Assembly (NCBI GenBank): GCA_049423385.1
Contig: JBMSQQ010000056.1
Location: 1-23,478, forward strand
From: Silvanigrellaceae bacterium
GTDB lineage: Bacteria > Bdellovibrionota_B > Oligoflexia > Silvanigrellales > Silvanigrellaceae
Length of the DNA stretch: 23,478 bases
Reading direction: 5' to 3'
Below the pieces are notes generated by a model. It had not been told where the DNA came from, made no database searches, and saw nothing but the letters and a program-made list of their open reading frames with translations. Every line of letters starts with the position of its first letter. Position 1 is the first letter of the stretch. Below are positions 8,141 to 16,389 of this stretch, one piece after another. The translations under genes and the position numbers were made by a program.

Positions 8141-9973
8141 ATGACTCGCACTGCTTCCCTCATCATTGCAGCCCTTGCCATTTCTGGCTGCGTTCAGCGC
8201 AAATTCAACAACCAGGGTGAACTGAAAGAAGCGATGGGCAATTTCAATTCGGCTGAAAGCCTGGGGCTCTCGCCCGGTGCTTTGGATTGGAATTCCATCC
8301 GTGCCGAGACCAAGGGTGAACGACCGAAAGCATGGTCAGACACCTGGTGGCCACACTATTCAAAGGGAATTGCCGACCGTTATATATTGCGGAGCAGCGG
8401 AAAAAAAAGCGAAAATTTGTCGGGGCGTGGTGCTGTGCCTGGCAAATTCGTCGAGCAGTATCTGGCCGCTGTGGCGAAGGCGGATCCCAAAGAGTTGGCT
8501 TTGCTCTCGCCGGCGGAAAAATACGACTTTCTCATGGCCAGAGAATCCATCCCTGCGGGTCTTGGAGCCAAACTTTCACAGCAATCGCGGGCCTACTCGG
8601 GTTCCACAGCTGAAACGATTCTTCTGGGTCTTGAAGACAAGCTCGAAAAACTCGGTCAGTACGATGAATCCTACAAAACATTGAATGCCGAATATGCTCG
8701 CGAAGCCAACGGCAAGGCAGCAACCTTTCGGCCACTCCTCAAAGAAGGTTCGACCCTCAATGGTGAATTGAAGAGGTTTCTTCCCCTCACCACCCACGAC
8801 TGGACGCTTTGGCTCGACACCTTTTCTTGGGCACATGATGAAGAATGGGCCTGGATGGGAATTTGCAATGGTTGGTCGCCGGCGGCACTGCGTGAGCAGA
8901 AACCTCTACAAAGCGTTTTGGTCAGCAAAGGAAGCAAAAAAGTTCTGTTCACCGAGGGCGACATTCGTGGATTGCTGAGTTGGGTCTGGGGTTGGCAGTT
9001 TCCGGCCCAAACGCTCGGTGCCGGCGTCAGATGCGACGCTGCGGAATCAAGGACACTCGTAAAAAACAAACGAATCATCGACGGACGTCTTTGCGAAGGC
9101 AAAGGTTCGCGCCCTGGCCACTGCGTCGCTGCCAATACCATTTACATTGGCAACGACAATGCTTTTGCGAAAGTACCCGGAAGAACAATCCGGTTTGGCC
9201 TCGATCCGCAAAACAGAAACACTCACGAAGCAACGCTCAAAGCGGCATTGCCCAACGCGTACTACGAGGCAGAAGTCAGTGATTTGAGCAGCGGCGAGAA
9301 GCGAACACTTCTCATACAAATCACCCAAGCTTGCCGCGACATGAATGCCGGTTTGTTCCATGCTGCATTGGTTGATTTGGTGGGACGCAGAAAATCGGGA
9401 TTCGTGGTGGATGCCGACAGATACACCCAGGTGTGGAATCAGCCCGTCTATGCCTACGAGATGACTTACCTGCCAATTCTCAAGACGGATGGTTCAACAG
9501 CTCCTGCGGGAACTCCGGTGGACGTAAAGGATGTGCTCAACGACCCATTTGCCGAGTTCAGGGCAGAAAAGACGAGCGCGATAGTGCAGGTCAGGGCCAA
9601 GGTCATTTACGCATCTGAAAATGGTCCATTTGCAAAATACGATTCAAGCGGCGCACAAGAAACACATGAAGAACTCGTCGCAGACTACACCATCGAAATA
9701 AACAACAAAGGAAAAATCATTGGAGGCGAGTGGGGACTCCTGCCGGGAACTCCTGGTGTGAAGCCGCTCAAAGCCAGCAATTCAACTGCTGCAGTCGCCC
9801 CTGATTTCATTTGGAACTACCCCGAGAATGCAAAGCCTGAGGGCGAGTTGGTCGACTATGCGACACTCAAGAAAATCCATGGCTGTTCTTTGAAGACATC
9901 TTCAAGTGGCCAGTTCGACCTCAGCCCATTTGTTGAAAAGCCCCTGCCCTATGTGGAATGTTCGCTGGACTGA
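8141..9973 (+). CDS. Transglutaminase-elicitor (Phytophthora GP42-like) family lipoprotein
   Basis: Lipobox AISGC. Motifs WSDTWWP, LSPAEKYD, W-x-GICNGW, F-x-x-GDI-x-GL, D-x-NAG-x-FH, QVWNQPVY, IIGGEW and PDFIW. ATG 8141 was chosen from the signal peptide and GGGAG at 8127-8131. Confidence 0.85.
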   Translation: MTRTASLIIAALAISGCVQRKFNNQGELKEAMGNFNSAESLGLSPGALDWNSIRAETKGERPKAWSDTWWPHYSKGIADRYILRSSGKKSENLSGRGAVPGKFVEQYLAAVAKADPKELALLSPAEKYDFLMARESIPAGLGAKLSQQSRAYSGSTAETILLGLEDKLEKLGQYDESYKTLNAEYAREANGKAATFRPLLKEGSTLNGELKRFLPLTTHDWTLWLDTFSWAHDEEWAWMGICNGWSPAALREQKPLQSVLVSKGSKKVLFTEGDIRGLLSWVWGWQFPAQTLGAGVRCDAAESRTLVKNKRIIDGRLCEGKGSRPGHCVAANTIYIGNDNAFAKVPGRTIRFGLDPQNRNTHEATLKAALPNAYYEAEVSDLSSGEKRTLLIQITQACRDMNAGLFHAALVDLVGRRKSGFVVDADRYTQVWNQPVYAYEMTYLPILKTDGSTAPAGTPVDVKDVLNDPFAEFRAEKTSAIVQVRAKVIYASENGPFAKYDSSGAQETHEELVADYTIEINNKGKIIGGEWGLLPGTPGVKPLKASNSTAAVAPDFIWNYPENAKPEGELVDYATLKKIHGCSLKTSSSGQFDLSPFVEKPLPYVECSLD

Positions 9974-10095
9974 GATATTGAATCTTCAAACTTGGGAACA
10001 ACAAGAACGCCCAAATCAACGCCGTTTTAGCCAATGATTCAAATACCCTGGAAAAAGTTCAAGTCCATTCGTCCTGGTTCCGATAACTAGAGGAT

Positions 10096-11475
10096 ATGTC
10101 AAGAACAAGAACACAAATCAATTGTTGGGGTTTTCTTGCGCTGGGTCTTCTGGGTTGCCAAGGCGGCACTCCCAAGGAGCGTTGTTCTGCCACAATGGCA
10201 GTCAGTGATGGAAGCACGGTGAAGACCGAACTTCTGGGAGGCGCTGTTCTGCTGCTGGAAGGCAGTTCCATGGCGCCTGGCAAAGAGGGCACAAAATCGA
10301 CAGCGCAATGCACTGCATTTGTGCGCGTCCTTTCCAATTCGGGAAACACATACAAGGCACAAATCTGGACAGCGCGTCATTGCCTTCCGGATTTTTCCTC
10401 ACGCATACTGAAAGCCGAACTCAGCATGTTTGATGGTCGCAGTGGATACGTCAAGCTGGATGCGACGTTCCCTCTTGCTATCACACGCAATGGTTTTTTT
10501 GATCTCGTTTCCACCAGGATTCCCGAATTCCTCGATGCAGAAAAGAAACAAAAAAATCCAGCCAGAATTGTTCTCGACTACACTTTCCTCGAGGAAGAGG
10601 GAAAAAAGAACTACGGCGCAGACTGCAAACAATCCAGCGATGAAGTCTCTTCGCCAAACCGCTTGTGTTCAGCCTTGCAGGATTTTCGAATGTTGGAGGC
10701 TGAACTCAGCTCGAAATCGAGCATTGGGGAAAATATTCTCGTCGCTCTTCAGGTATCCCAAAAAAATGGAACGAATGGACTAGCGACAGAATGGATCAAA
10801 ACTGTTCAAAGGCAGGCCGAACTGGAGCTCGACATCTCGCGCGGAAGGTTTGTTGATATTTTTCTTCAATGCGGAGAAAGCTCACCTTCAGTCGTCTGCA
10901 ATTACAAGGACACGCTTGAAGCCCTTGCAAGAAAGTGGCGTGCACCGGGTCGTGATTTACTTGCGGAGGCGGCTAGAGATGGTTACACGGCACCTGGCAA
11001 AAGCTATTCTGAATTCAAGAAATCCATTGCCGTTGACCATTTCAGCAAGACACTCCTGCCCCTGTTCCTGAAAGTTCAGGGTGGAATTCAGGGTGGAACA
11101 GTTCCTTTGCTTTTTGCAGGAAACTTTGCAGATTCAACGGGCAAGTTCTTGAGCTTCTCCGCTGCCAGACTCGCCGACTTCTACAAATCATCAGGCTCGA
11201 ATCCGAGTTACAGCTTCTTTTCCCGCGACACCACGCGGGATGCGCTGATGAGGTTCGAGAGTCCCGCCGGAAAATCTCTCATTCTGGACAGCGGGGACAG
11301 CGGCAGCGCACTGATGTTCGACGAATCCACCCCGTTCATGGTGCTGAGTGCAAAGGGAGAAAAATCAATCAGTGGTGGTGCCTCGATTCTTGCCCTGCCC
11401 GAGGCAACGGTCGAAACCAGCGGCAGCGCCGACGCAGCCGGAAACGGAAAAAGGGTTGCGGCGTATTGCAAATAG
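10096..11475 (+). CDS. Trypsin-like (S1/PA clan) serine protease lipoprotein with a large internal insertion
   Basis: Lipobox LLGC. CTAF...WTARHC (His at 10378-10380) and GDSGS (Ser at 11299-11301). Confidence 0.7.
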   Translation: MSRTRTQINCWGFLALGLLGCQGGTPKERCSATMAVSDGSTVKTELLGGAVLLLEGSSMAPGKEGTKSTAQCTAFVRVLSNSGNTYKAQIWTARHCLPDFSSRILKAELSMFDGRSGYVKLDATFPLAITRNGFFDLVSTRIPEFLDAEKKQKNPARIVLDYTFLEEEGKKNYGADCKQSSDEVSSPNRLCSALQDFRMLEAELSSKSSIGENILVALQVSQKNGTNGLATEWIKTVQRQAELELDISRGRFVDIFLQCGESSPSVVCNYKDTLEALARKWRAPGRDLLAEAARDGYTAPGKSYSEFKKSIAVDHFSKTLLPLFLKVQGGIQGGTVPLLFAGNFADSTGKFLSFSAARLADFYKSSGSNPSYSFFSRDTTRDALMRFESPAGKSLILDSGDSGSALMFDESTPFMVLSAKGEKSISGGASILALPEATVETSGSADAAGNGKRVAAYCK

Positions 11476-11516
11476 CCCGCAACCCCTAAATGAATGCCAA
11501 ATCAGATTTCAAAAAA

Positions 11517-12020
11517 TCAACGTGAACGGGTCTGCATCAGTCGAATCAGGTGAATGATGTCGCCAGCAGAATTGTAACCTGCAACATAGCGTGTGCCTGT
11601 TCCGGGAATCAGAATGTAATCCGTGCGGACGATGCCGGGCATTCCACCCATGCTCGCGCCACCCAATGCGTAGGCTGTTGCATCACCTTTGTCATTGGCA
11701 CTCCCAGGCAGCTTGCTCGCGACGCTTGGGAAACTTTCACCCAACGTGGAAAGCTCGCTGCCTGCGCAGGATTTTGAGTTGCGCTTTGCCTGAATGGCTG
11801 CGCGCTCTTCAGAGGCCAGGCTCGTCAATTCAACCTTCTGCAGCGAAGAATACTCAATGGCAGTCGACAAAAGCTTGGCCTGTGACTCGCTCAATTGGCA
11901 GACTTCAGCTTCGGGTGCAGACATGCGGGTCGTTGCGCTCATGGATGAATCACCGGGCTGTTTGCAGCCGAAAGCCAAAATCAAAAGCAATCCTGTTGAG
12001 CAAATTTGAAGGAGTTTCAT
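11517..12020 (-). CDS. Hypothetical lipoprotein
   Basis: MKLL... signal peptide with lipobox LAFGC. GAGAGG lies about 9 nt upstream of ATG 12020. No family recognised. Confidence 0.7.
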   Translation of the reverse strand: MKLLQICSTGLLLILAFGCKQPGDSSMSATTRMSAPEAEVCQLSESQAKLLSTAIEYSSLQKVELTSLASEERAAIQAKRNSKSCAGSELSTLGESFPSVASKLPGSANDKGDATAYALGGASMGGMPGIVRTDYILIPGTGTRYVAGYNSAGDIIHLIRLMQTRSR

Positions 12021-12082
12021 CAGCAACAACCTCTCGTTTAAGCATTCTCTTCGCAACACCCGTTTGATGTTTCAAAGTATGG

Positions 12083-12240
12083 CACATTCAGCAGCAGAGG
12101 AACCGGTAACTAGGGGAAAATTGAACATCAATCGTTTGACTGTTTGGCAAAAGCCGGAGCAATATTTGAATTTCACAAGCCAACCCTGCATGTTTGGCGG
12201 TTTGCTTTCTCAATTGGGAGCCTCCAGAAATGAATATTAA
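12083..12240 (+). repeat. Copy 1 of a duplicated upstream regulatory module (operator palindrome, TTGACT, RBS, first codons)
   Basis: Aligns with 12840-12996. Positions 12114-12145 match 12870-12901 at 30 of 32 bases, and the ATGs at 12230 and 12986 sit at the same 756 bp offset. Confidence 0.88.
12120..12141 (+). promoter_or_regulatory. Palindromic operator ATTGA-N3-TCAAT next to a TTGACT -35-like hexamer, upstream of zrgA
   Basis: ATTGAACATCAAT at 12120-12132 and TTGACT at 12136-12141. Both are conserved in the second copy. Confidence 0.6.
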
Positions 12241-12817
12241 TGCAGCAGAATTTCCACTCCGCCGGGTCACAACCATTTTTTGTTCAGCAGCATTCATGTC
12301 ACCGCTTGCAGCACAGGCGGGCGGAAAAGGACACGCTGCGCACGAACACGGCGTTGCCACGCTCAATGTGATTGCAGAGGGAACCAGCGTCACGGTTCAA
12401 CTCGAAACGCCGGCCGAAAGCATCTATGGTTTTGAGCACGAGGCCAAAAAGCCGGCCGAAGTCAAAAAACGCGATGATGCCGTGAATAAGCTCAGGAACA
12501 ACGCGGAGAAGATGTTTCTGCTCGATACATCCCTCGGGTGCAAGGTTGTGAACGCAGAGGTGAAACCCTTTGTGGTGGAAGGCAATGATTCGGGCTCGAA
12601 GGCCTCGAACGAGCCAAAGAACAAAAAGAAAGGCACCCACAGTGAAGTTCATGCGACGTTCAAATTCGAATGCAGCAAGCCAGTTGCAGGCAGCGCCTTG
12701 AAATTCGCGGCCCGGAGTCAATTCAAGGCACTGTCGACTCTCAAAGTCCAGGTTCTTTCCGGCGACAAGCAGAGTGGCAGCACGATCAAAAACGATGCAG
12801 GAACTGTTGAACTTTAA
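12230..12817 (+). CDS. zrgA: DUF2796 / ZrgA family periplasmic zinc-binding protein
   Basis: Signal peptide and motifs AHEHG-x-A-x-LN, E-x-PA-x-x-I-x-GFEH, C-x-V, HSEV-x-A-x-F-x-FEC and L-x-VQ. RBS GGGAG at 12216-12220. Confidence 0.88.
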   Translation: MNINAAEFPLRRVTTIFCSAAFMSPLAAQAGGKGHAAHEHGVATLNVIAEGTSVTVQLETPAESIYGFEHEAKKPAEVKKRDDAVNKLRNNAEKMFLLDTSLGCKVVNAEVKPFVVEGNDSGSKASNEPKNKKKGTHSEVHATFKFECSKPVAGSALKFAARSQFKALSTLKVQVLSGDKQSGSTIKNDAGTVEL

Positions 12818-12839
12818 ATTTCAAAAATCTAAAGCAAGC

Positions 12840-12996
12840 CACATTCGACAGCTGAGAGCCCGGTCATGCGGGAAAATTGATCATCAATGGTTTGACTGTT
12901 TAGAAAAACTCCGCTGTAAGTCTGAATTTGACGAGCAAACCTCGTTGTTCGACGATTAACTCATTCTTTGGGGAGCTGATACAAAATGAATTTAAA
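12840..12996 (+). repeat. Copy 2 of the duplicated upstream regulatory module
   Basis: CACATTC...CCGGT...GGGAAAATTGATCATCAATGGTTTGACTGTTT...TGAATTT...GGGAGC...AAATGAAT matches copy 1. Confidence 0.88.
12876..12897 (+). promoter_or_regulatory. Palindromic operator ATTGAT-C-ATCAAT next to a TTGACT -35-like hexamer
   Basis: Perfect 6-1-6 inverted repeat at 12876-12888 and TTGACT at 12892-12897. Confidence 0.6.
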
Positions 12997-13435
12997 CCTT
13001 GCCCTCATTGTGTCCTCAATTGCACTTTTTTCTGGCGCAGGATGCAGCGGAAAAGCACAGGGCGACAGCTCAGAGGCATCCCGCGCCAGCACCAGCGAAG
13101 TCAAAGGACAATTTTTCAATGCAAAAATTGTTGGCTGGAGTGTGGGTCCAGAAGTCAGCGGAGATTCCCTGCAGGACATTCGAAACGCATGTGAAATTGA
13201 AATCACCACACCCTCGGGTGAAGTTCCCTCCAGCTTGTCCGTGCAAAAAGTATTTCCATTCATGAAGGTGCACGGACACGGCGCCCCAGACGAACAAATT
13301 GTCACCGAAGTGGTTGGCAACCGAATTAAAGTTTCAAAAATTTCATTCATCATGAGCGGCCCTTGGGAATTGCACGTCCAGGCCACCGTCAACGGCCAAT
13401 CGGGTGAAGTCGAAATTCCGGTGGTGGTTCCGTAA
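12986..13435 (+). CDS. YtkA/FixH-like Ig-fold lipoprotein (putative metal-binding)
   Basis: Lipobox SGAGC. Motifs P-x-M-x-x-HGHG and F-x-M-x-G-x-W-E-L are typical of YtkA-like domains. RBS GGGGAG. Confidence 0.78.
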   Translation: MNLNLALIVSSIALFSGAGCSGKAQGDSSEASRASTSEVKGQFFNAKIVGWSVGPEVSGDSLQDIRNACEIEITTPSGEVPSSLSVQKVFPFMKVHGHGAPDEQIVTEVVGNRIKVSKISFIMSGPWELHVQATVNGQSGEVEIPVVVP

Positions 13436-14353
13436 ATGACACCAATTTTGAAAATAAGATTTTCATTTTTTTCTGCTTCTGTTCTCGCTTTTGTTGTTGT
13501 CGCCATCAGTTTACCTTCACACGCCTGGGCCTGTGCTTCATGCGGAAGTGGGAGTGATGATCCGCTTGTTTTGTGGCCCAACGAAGAATTGAAGACCTAC
13601 GTTGGCGTTTCGACCAGTTCACGCTTTGAAACTGTAGATCCACAAGGAAAATACGGTCAGGAATCAGGTCCGAAGTCACGCGACGCTTTTACATTCGCCG
13701 TCGGTAAGGCTTTGCGCAATGACTTCTTCTTTACGCTCACACTTCCTGTGCAACAAAACAGGCTTGAAGGCTCATCGCTCAGGTCACTGGGCGACCCCAT
13801 GATTGCAGCCCGCTGGTCTTGGTGGATGCCCGATTTCAGCGAACCTCTCCGCCCTCAAATTCAAATGATGACGTCCTATAAACTCGCGCATTCAAAGTCT
13901 CTCCAGGAAACAACCCGTCCGGATTTGCTCGATGCCTTTGGCACTGGAATTCCGGAACTCAAATTGGGCATCGATACGTTTTGGGGAATGGGCACCGTCA
14001 AAGGTGGAGTCGCTCTGGCAGGGCTATTTCCCGAAGAACGAAAACTGGGAAGAACGACGGTTTTTCCTGGAAACGGTCTGCGGGCAACATCAACAGTTGG
14101 GTTTTCCTTGGGTGGAGACAACAAGATGATCGGTGGACTGGTGCGTGAAATGCGTGAAAACCGCCGCAACGACGGTCAACGCGTTGAGAAAAGTGAAGTC
14201 TTATCCCACTCCATCTTCGTGACGCTCGACTGGTCGCCCGCACAGCACAACATGCTACGATTAAGCCTGACCGACAAAGGCCGCGTTCTGGAGAACAGAA
14301 ACATGATTGCCGCCTCGTCGTTGAGTTTTGCATGGTTGGCGACGTGGGAATAA
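13436..14353 (+). CDS. Putative outer-membrane beta-barrel (transporter-like) with an N-terminal CxxC
   Basis: Signal peptide ending AWA, then CASCG. LGD and GTG motifs resemble SphA/MetA-pathway-type barrels. Amphipathic strands and a C-terminal aromatic residue (LSFAWLATWE). Starts directly after the upstream stop (TAAATG). Confidence 0.65.
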   Translation: MTPILKIRFSFFSASVLAFVVVAISLPSHAWACASCGSGSDDPLVLWPNEELKTYVGVSTSSRFETVDPQGKYGQESGPKSRDAFTFAVGKALRNDFFFTLTLPVQQNRLEGSSLRSLGDPMIAARWSWWMPDFSEPLRPQIQMMTSYKLAHSKSLQETTRPDLLDAFGTGIPELKLGIDTFWGMGTVKGGVALAGLFPEERKLGRTTVFPGNGLRATSTVGFSLGGDNKMIGGLVREMRENRRNDGQRVEKSEVLSHSIFVTLDWSPAQHNMLRLSLTDKGRVLENRNMIAASSLSFAWLATWE

Positions 14354-14379
14354 CGCTGCAGAGCATTCGGAATTCAAAA

Positions 14380-14787
14380 ATGACAAAAACGCTTTCGATA
14401 ACGCTGCTTGCTGCAGGAAGCACATGGCTCTTTCCACTCTTCGGAGTCGCATCACATGATGCAGAAAAGCCTGCGGCAAATTGCCCGCCGTTGGACAAAA
14501 AAAAATTGAAGGAAATTGTTGAGGCGAGCGAGGGCAAGAAAGTCGACTTGGTGTTTTTCTCGAGTTGGTGCAGCGACTGTGGCAATCACCTCAAAAAACT
14601 CGAAGGTCCAGGCAAAGTCCTGGTTGGAACATTCGATAAACAGCCGCGCATCGAAAAACTTGTCGCCAAACTCAAACTCCCGAATCGCTGTTTTACAGAC
14701 TCAGGTGTGGCCAAAAAACTCAAAGTCACAACGGTTCCAGCCGAACGCGCTGTGACTCAAGAGACTCTTTCGCTGCTTCAAAACTGA
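14380..14787 (+). CDS. Exported thioredoxin-fold (TlpA/ResA-like) protein
   Basis: Signal peptide, L-x-FF-x-SWCSDC active site, and a cis-Pro loop (V-x-TVP). Confidence 0.78.
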   Translation: MTKTLSITLLAAGSTWLFPLFGVASHDAEKPAANCPPLDKKKLKEIVEASEGKKVDLVFFSSWCSDCGNHLKKLEGPGKVLVGTFDKQPRIEKLVAKLKLPNRCFTDSGVAKKLKVTTVPAERAVTQETLSLLQN

Positions 14788-14883
14788 AACCGTTCAATTC
14801 AACAGCGCAACTTGACTTGACGGTGACTCTTGGATTTTGAAAATGATGTCGGCCCACGCCGCTTTAGTAAGGGAAACAAAAGC

Positions 14884-16389
14884 ATGAACAATGTGCGTGA
14901 AACGGTTGCCAAGCTCTCTGTAAGCTGTGGAGTGGTCTTGGTGTTGACGACCCTCGCCTGTGGGAAATTGAACGACAAGGGCAGTGGCTCTGGCACCAGC
15001 TCTGATGAACAGGTCGTCGAAATCCCGTTCCGTGCCACAGTGGGTGACGAAGACTTCGACTGCAACAAGACCTACGCCCTGGGGACAGACAACGCGTCAG
15101 TGCAGCCCAAAGATTTCCGTTATTTCGTTTCGGATATCAGATTCGTGAAGACTGACGGCAGCAAAGAGAGCCTCAAGCTCGAACAAGACGGTCAATGGCA
15201 AACCGGCAATGTAGCCCTGCTCGATTACGCCAACACCGATGCCAATTGTGCGCAGTCCAGCTCTCCAGATGCATCAACCCGCAAGTTCGTTCGAGGAATC
15301 ATCAAGAAAGGTGACTACGTCGGAATTGAATTCGCGCTTGGCCTTGATGACAAAACCAATCACCTTGATGCAGCAACAGCTCAACCTCCGCTCAACAACC
15401 CCGGGATGTGGTGGTCGTGGAAAGGAGGCTACAAGGAAGTGAGACTTGAACTGACGGTGCTTTCCGATGGCCCTGCCAAAAGCAAAGACTATCTGTTCCA
15501 CCATGGTGCAACGAGTTGCACAGGTTCAACGCCAGAAACGTTTGCCTGTACACACGAAAACAACACAACCATCAGCTTGACAGGGAACCCGTTGCAATCG
15601 GGTGTCAGATTCGACATTGCGAAGCTTTTTGATGGCGAGAAGATTCAAGAAGAACTCACACAGAATTTGTCGTCGACCAAACAAATGGGTGCCGTGGCGA
15701 GTCCTTCATCATGGGGATGCATGGCATTCCCGGGCGACGGCGACTGCGAATATTTGTTCGCCAATATTGGACTTGCATTCAAAGACTCGGTCGCTGGACT
15801 CGTGCCCGCCCAGAAAGTCTTCTCTTTGTTTGCCAACACCTCAACAACCCAATCAGCGGATCCTTCGGGCATCAAGACAGATGCGAGCTTGTGCACAGAC
15901 GCCAAGAAAACAACCACTGGCGACAACTGCTTTGTGCGTGATCCGGCCTTGAATGTTTCGCTGGAAGTGGGCGACAGCGCGCACGCCTCTGGCGCAGCAG
16001 GGTTTGCGAGCCACAACGCTGGTTTGACTTGTGTGACCTGCCACCAAAGCAATGGCCCAGGCAAAGGACTTCATACCTTTTCTGGAACCGTTTACAAAAA
16101 AGACCTCACAACACCCGTAGCGGGTGCAATCGTGAAAATCTTCAACGAAAAGCCACCAGCCTCGGGTGCCGACACTCGAGTTCCATTGAAACAATTCATT
16201 ACCGACAAAAGTGGCAACTTCTACACAACGACCGATTATCTTGCGCAAATCACAAATGCCAACAAAGAATATTGGGTGAGCGTGACCGATGCCGACGGTA
16301 CTGGTGAGAAAAGAATGAACTCCTCAAAAGTCACCGGGCAATGCAGTCAATGCCATGTGGGTGGGCAGAGGATCTGGATAGACAAGTGA
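14884..16389 (+). CDS. mbnP: MbnP family copper-binding lipoprotein (metallo-mystery-pair four-Cys type) fused to a C-terminal di-haem c-type cytochrome domain
   Basis: Lipobox TLAC. Motifs DFRYFVSD, WQ-x-x-NVALLD, F-x-LG...NH, PLN-x-x-GMWWSW-x-x-GYK (WxW at 15412-15420), H-x-G-x-T-x-C and GCM-x-x-PGD-x-DC-x-x-LF-x-x-IGL. Then CVTCH (16030-16044) and CSQCH (16342-16356). Confidence 0.88.
   Translation: MNNVRETVAKLSVSCGVVLVLTTLACGKLNDKGSGSGTSSDEQVVEIPFRATVGDEDFDCNKTYALGTDNASVQPKDFRYFVSDIRFVKTDGSKESLKLEQDGQWQTGNVALLDYANTDANCAQSSSPDASTRKFVRGIIKKGDYVGIEFALGLDDKTNHLDAATAQPPLNNPGMWWSWKGGYKEVRLELTVLSDGPAKSKDYLFHHGATSCTGSTPETFACTHENNTTISLTGNPLQSGVRFDIAKLFDGEKIQEELTQNLSSTKQMGAVASPSSWGCMAFPGDGDCEYLFANIGLAFKDSVAGLVPAQKVFSLFANTSTTQSADPSGIKTDASLCTDAKKTTTGDNCFVRDPALNVSLEVGDSAHASGAAGFASHNAGLTCVTCHQSNGPGKGLHTFSGTVYKKDLTTPVAGAIVKIFNEKPPASGADTRVPLKQFITDKSGNFYTTTDYLAQITNANKEYWVSVTDADGTGEKRMNSSKVTGQCSQCHVGGQRIWIDK

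Noticed and set aside
12080..12095. TGGCAC as a sigma-54 promoter for zrgA
   Set aside because: GC falls 8 or 11 nt after GG rather than 10, and the second copy of the repeat lacks the GG.
12877..12887. TTGAT/ATCAA as an FNR box
   Set aside because: The half-sites are separated by 1 nt; FNR/CRP boxes need 4.
12961..14585. Minus-strand ORFs 12961-13581 (206 aa) and 13998-14585 (195 aa)
   Set aside because: They are antisense to the well-supported metal-cluster genes and show no protein-like features.
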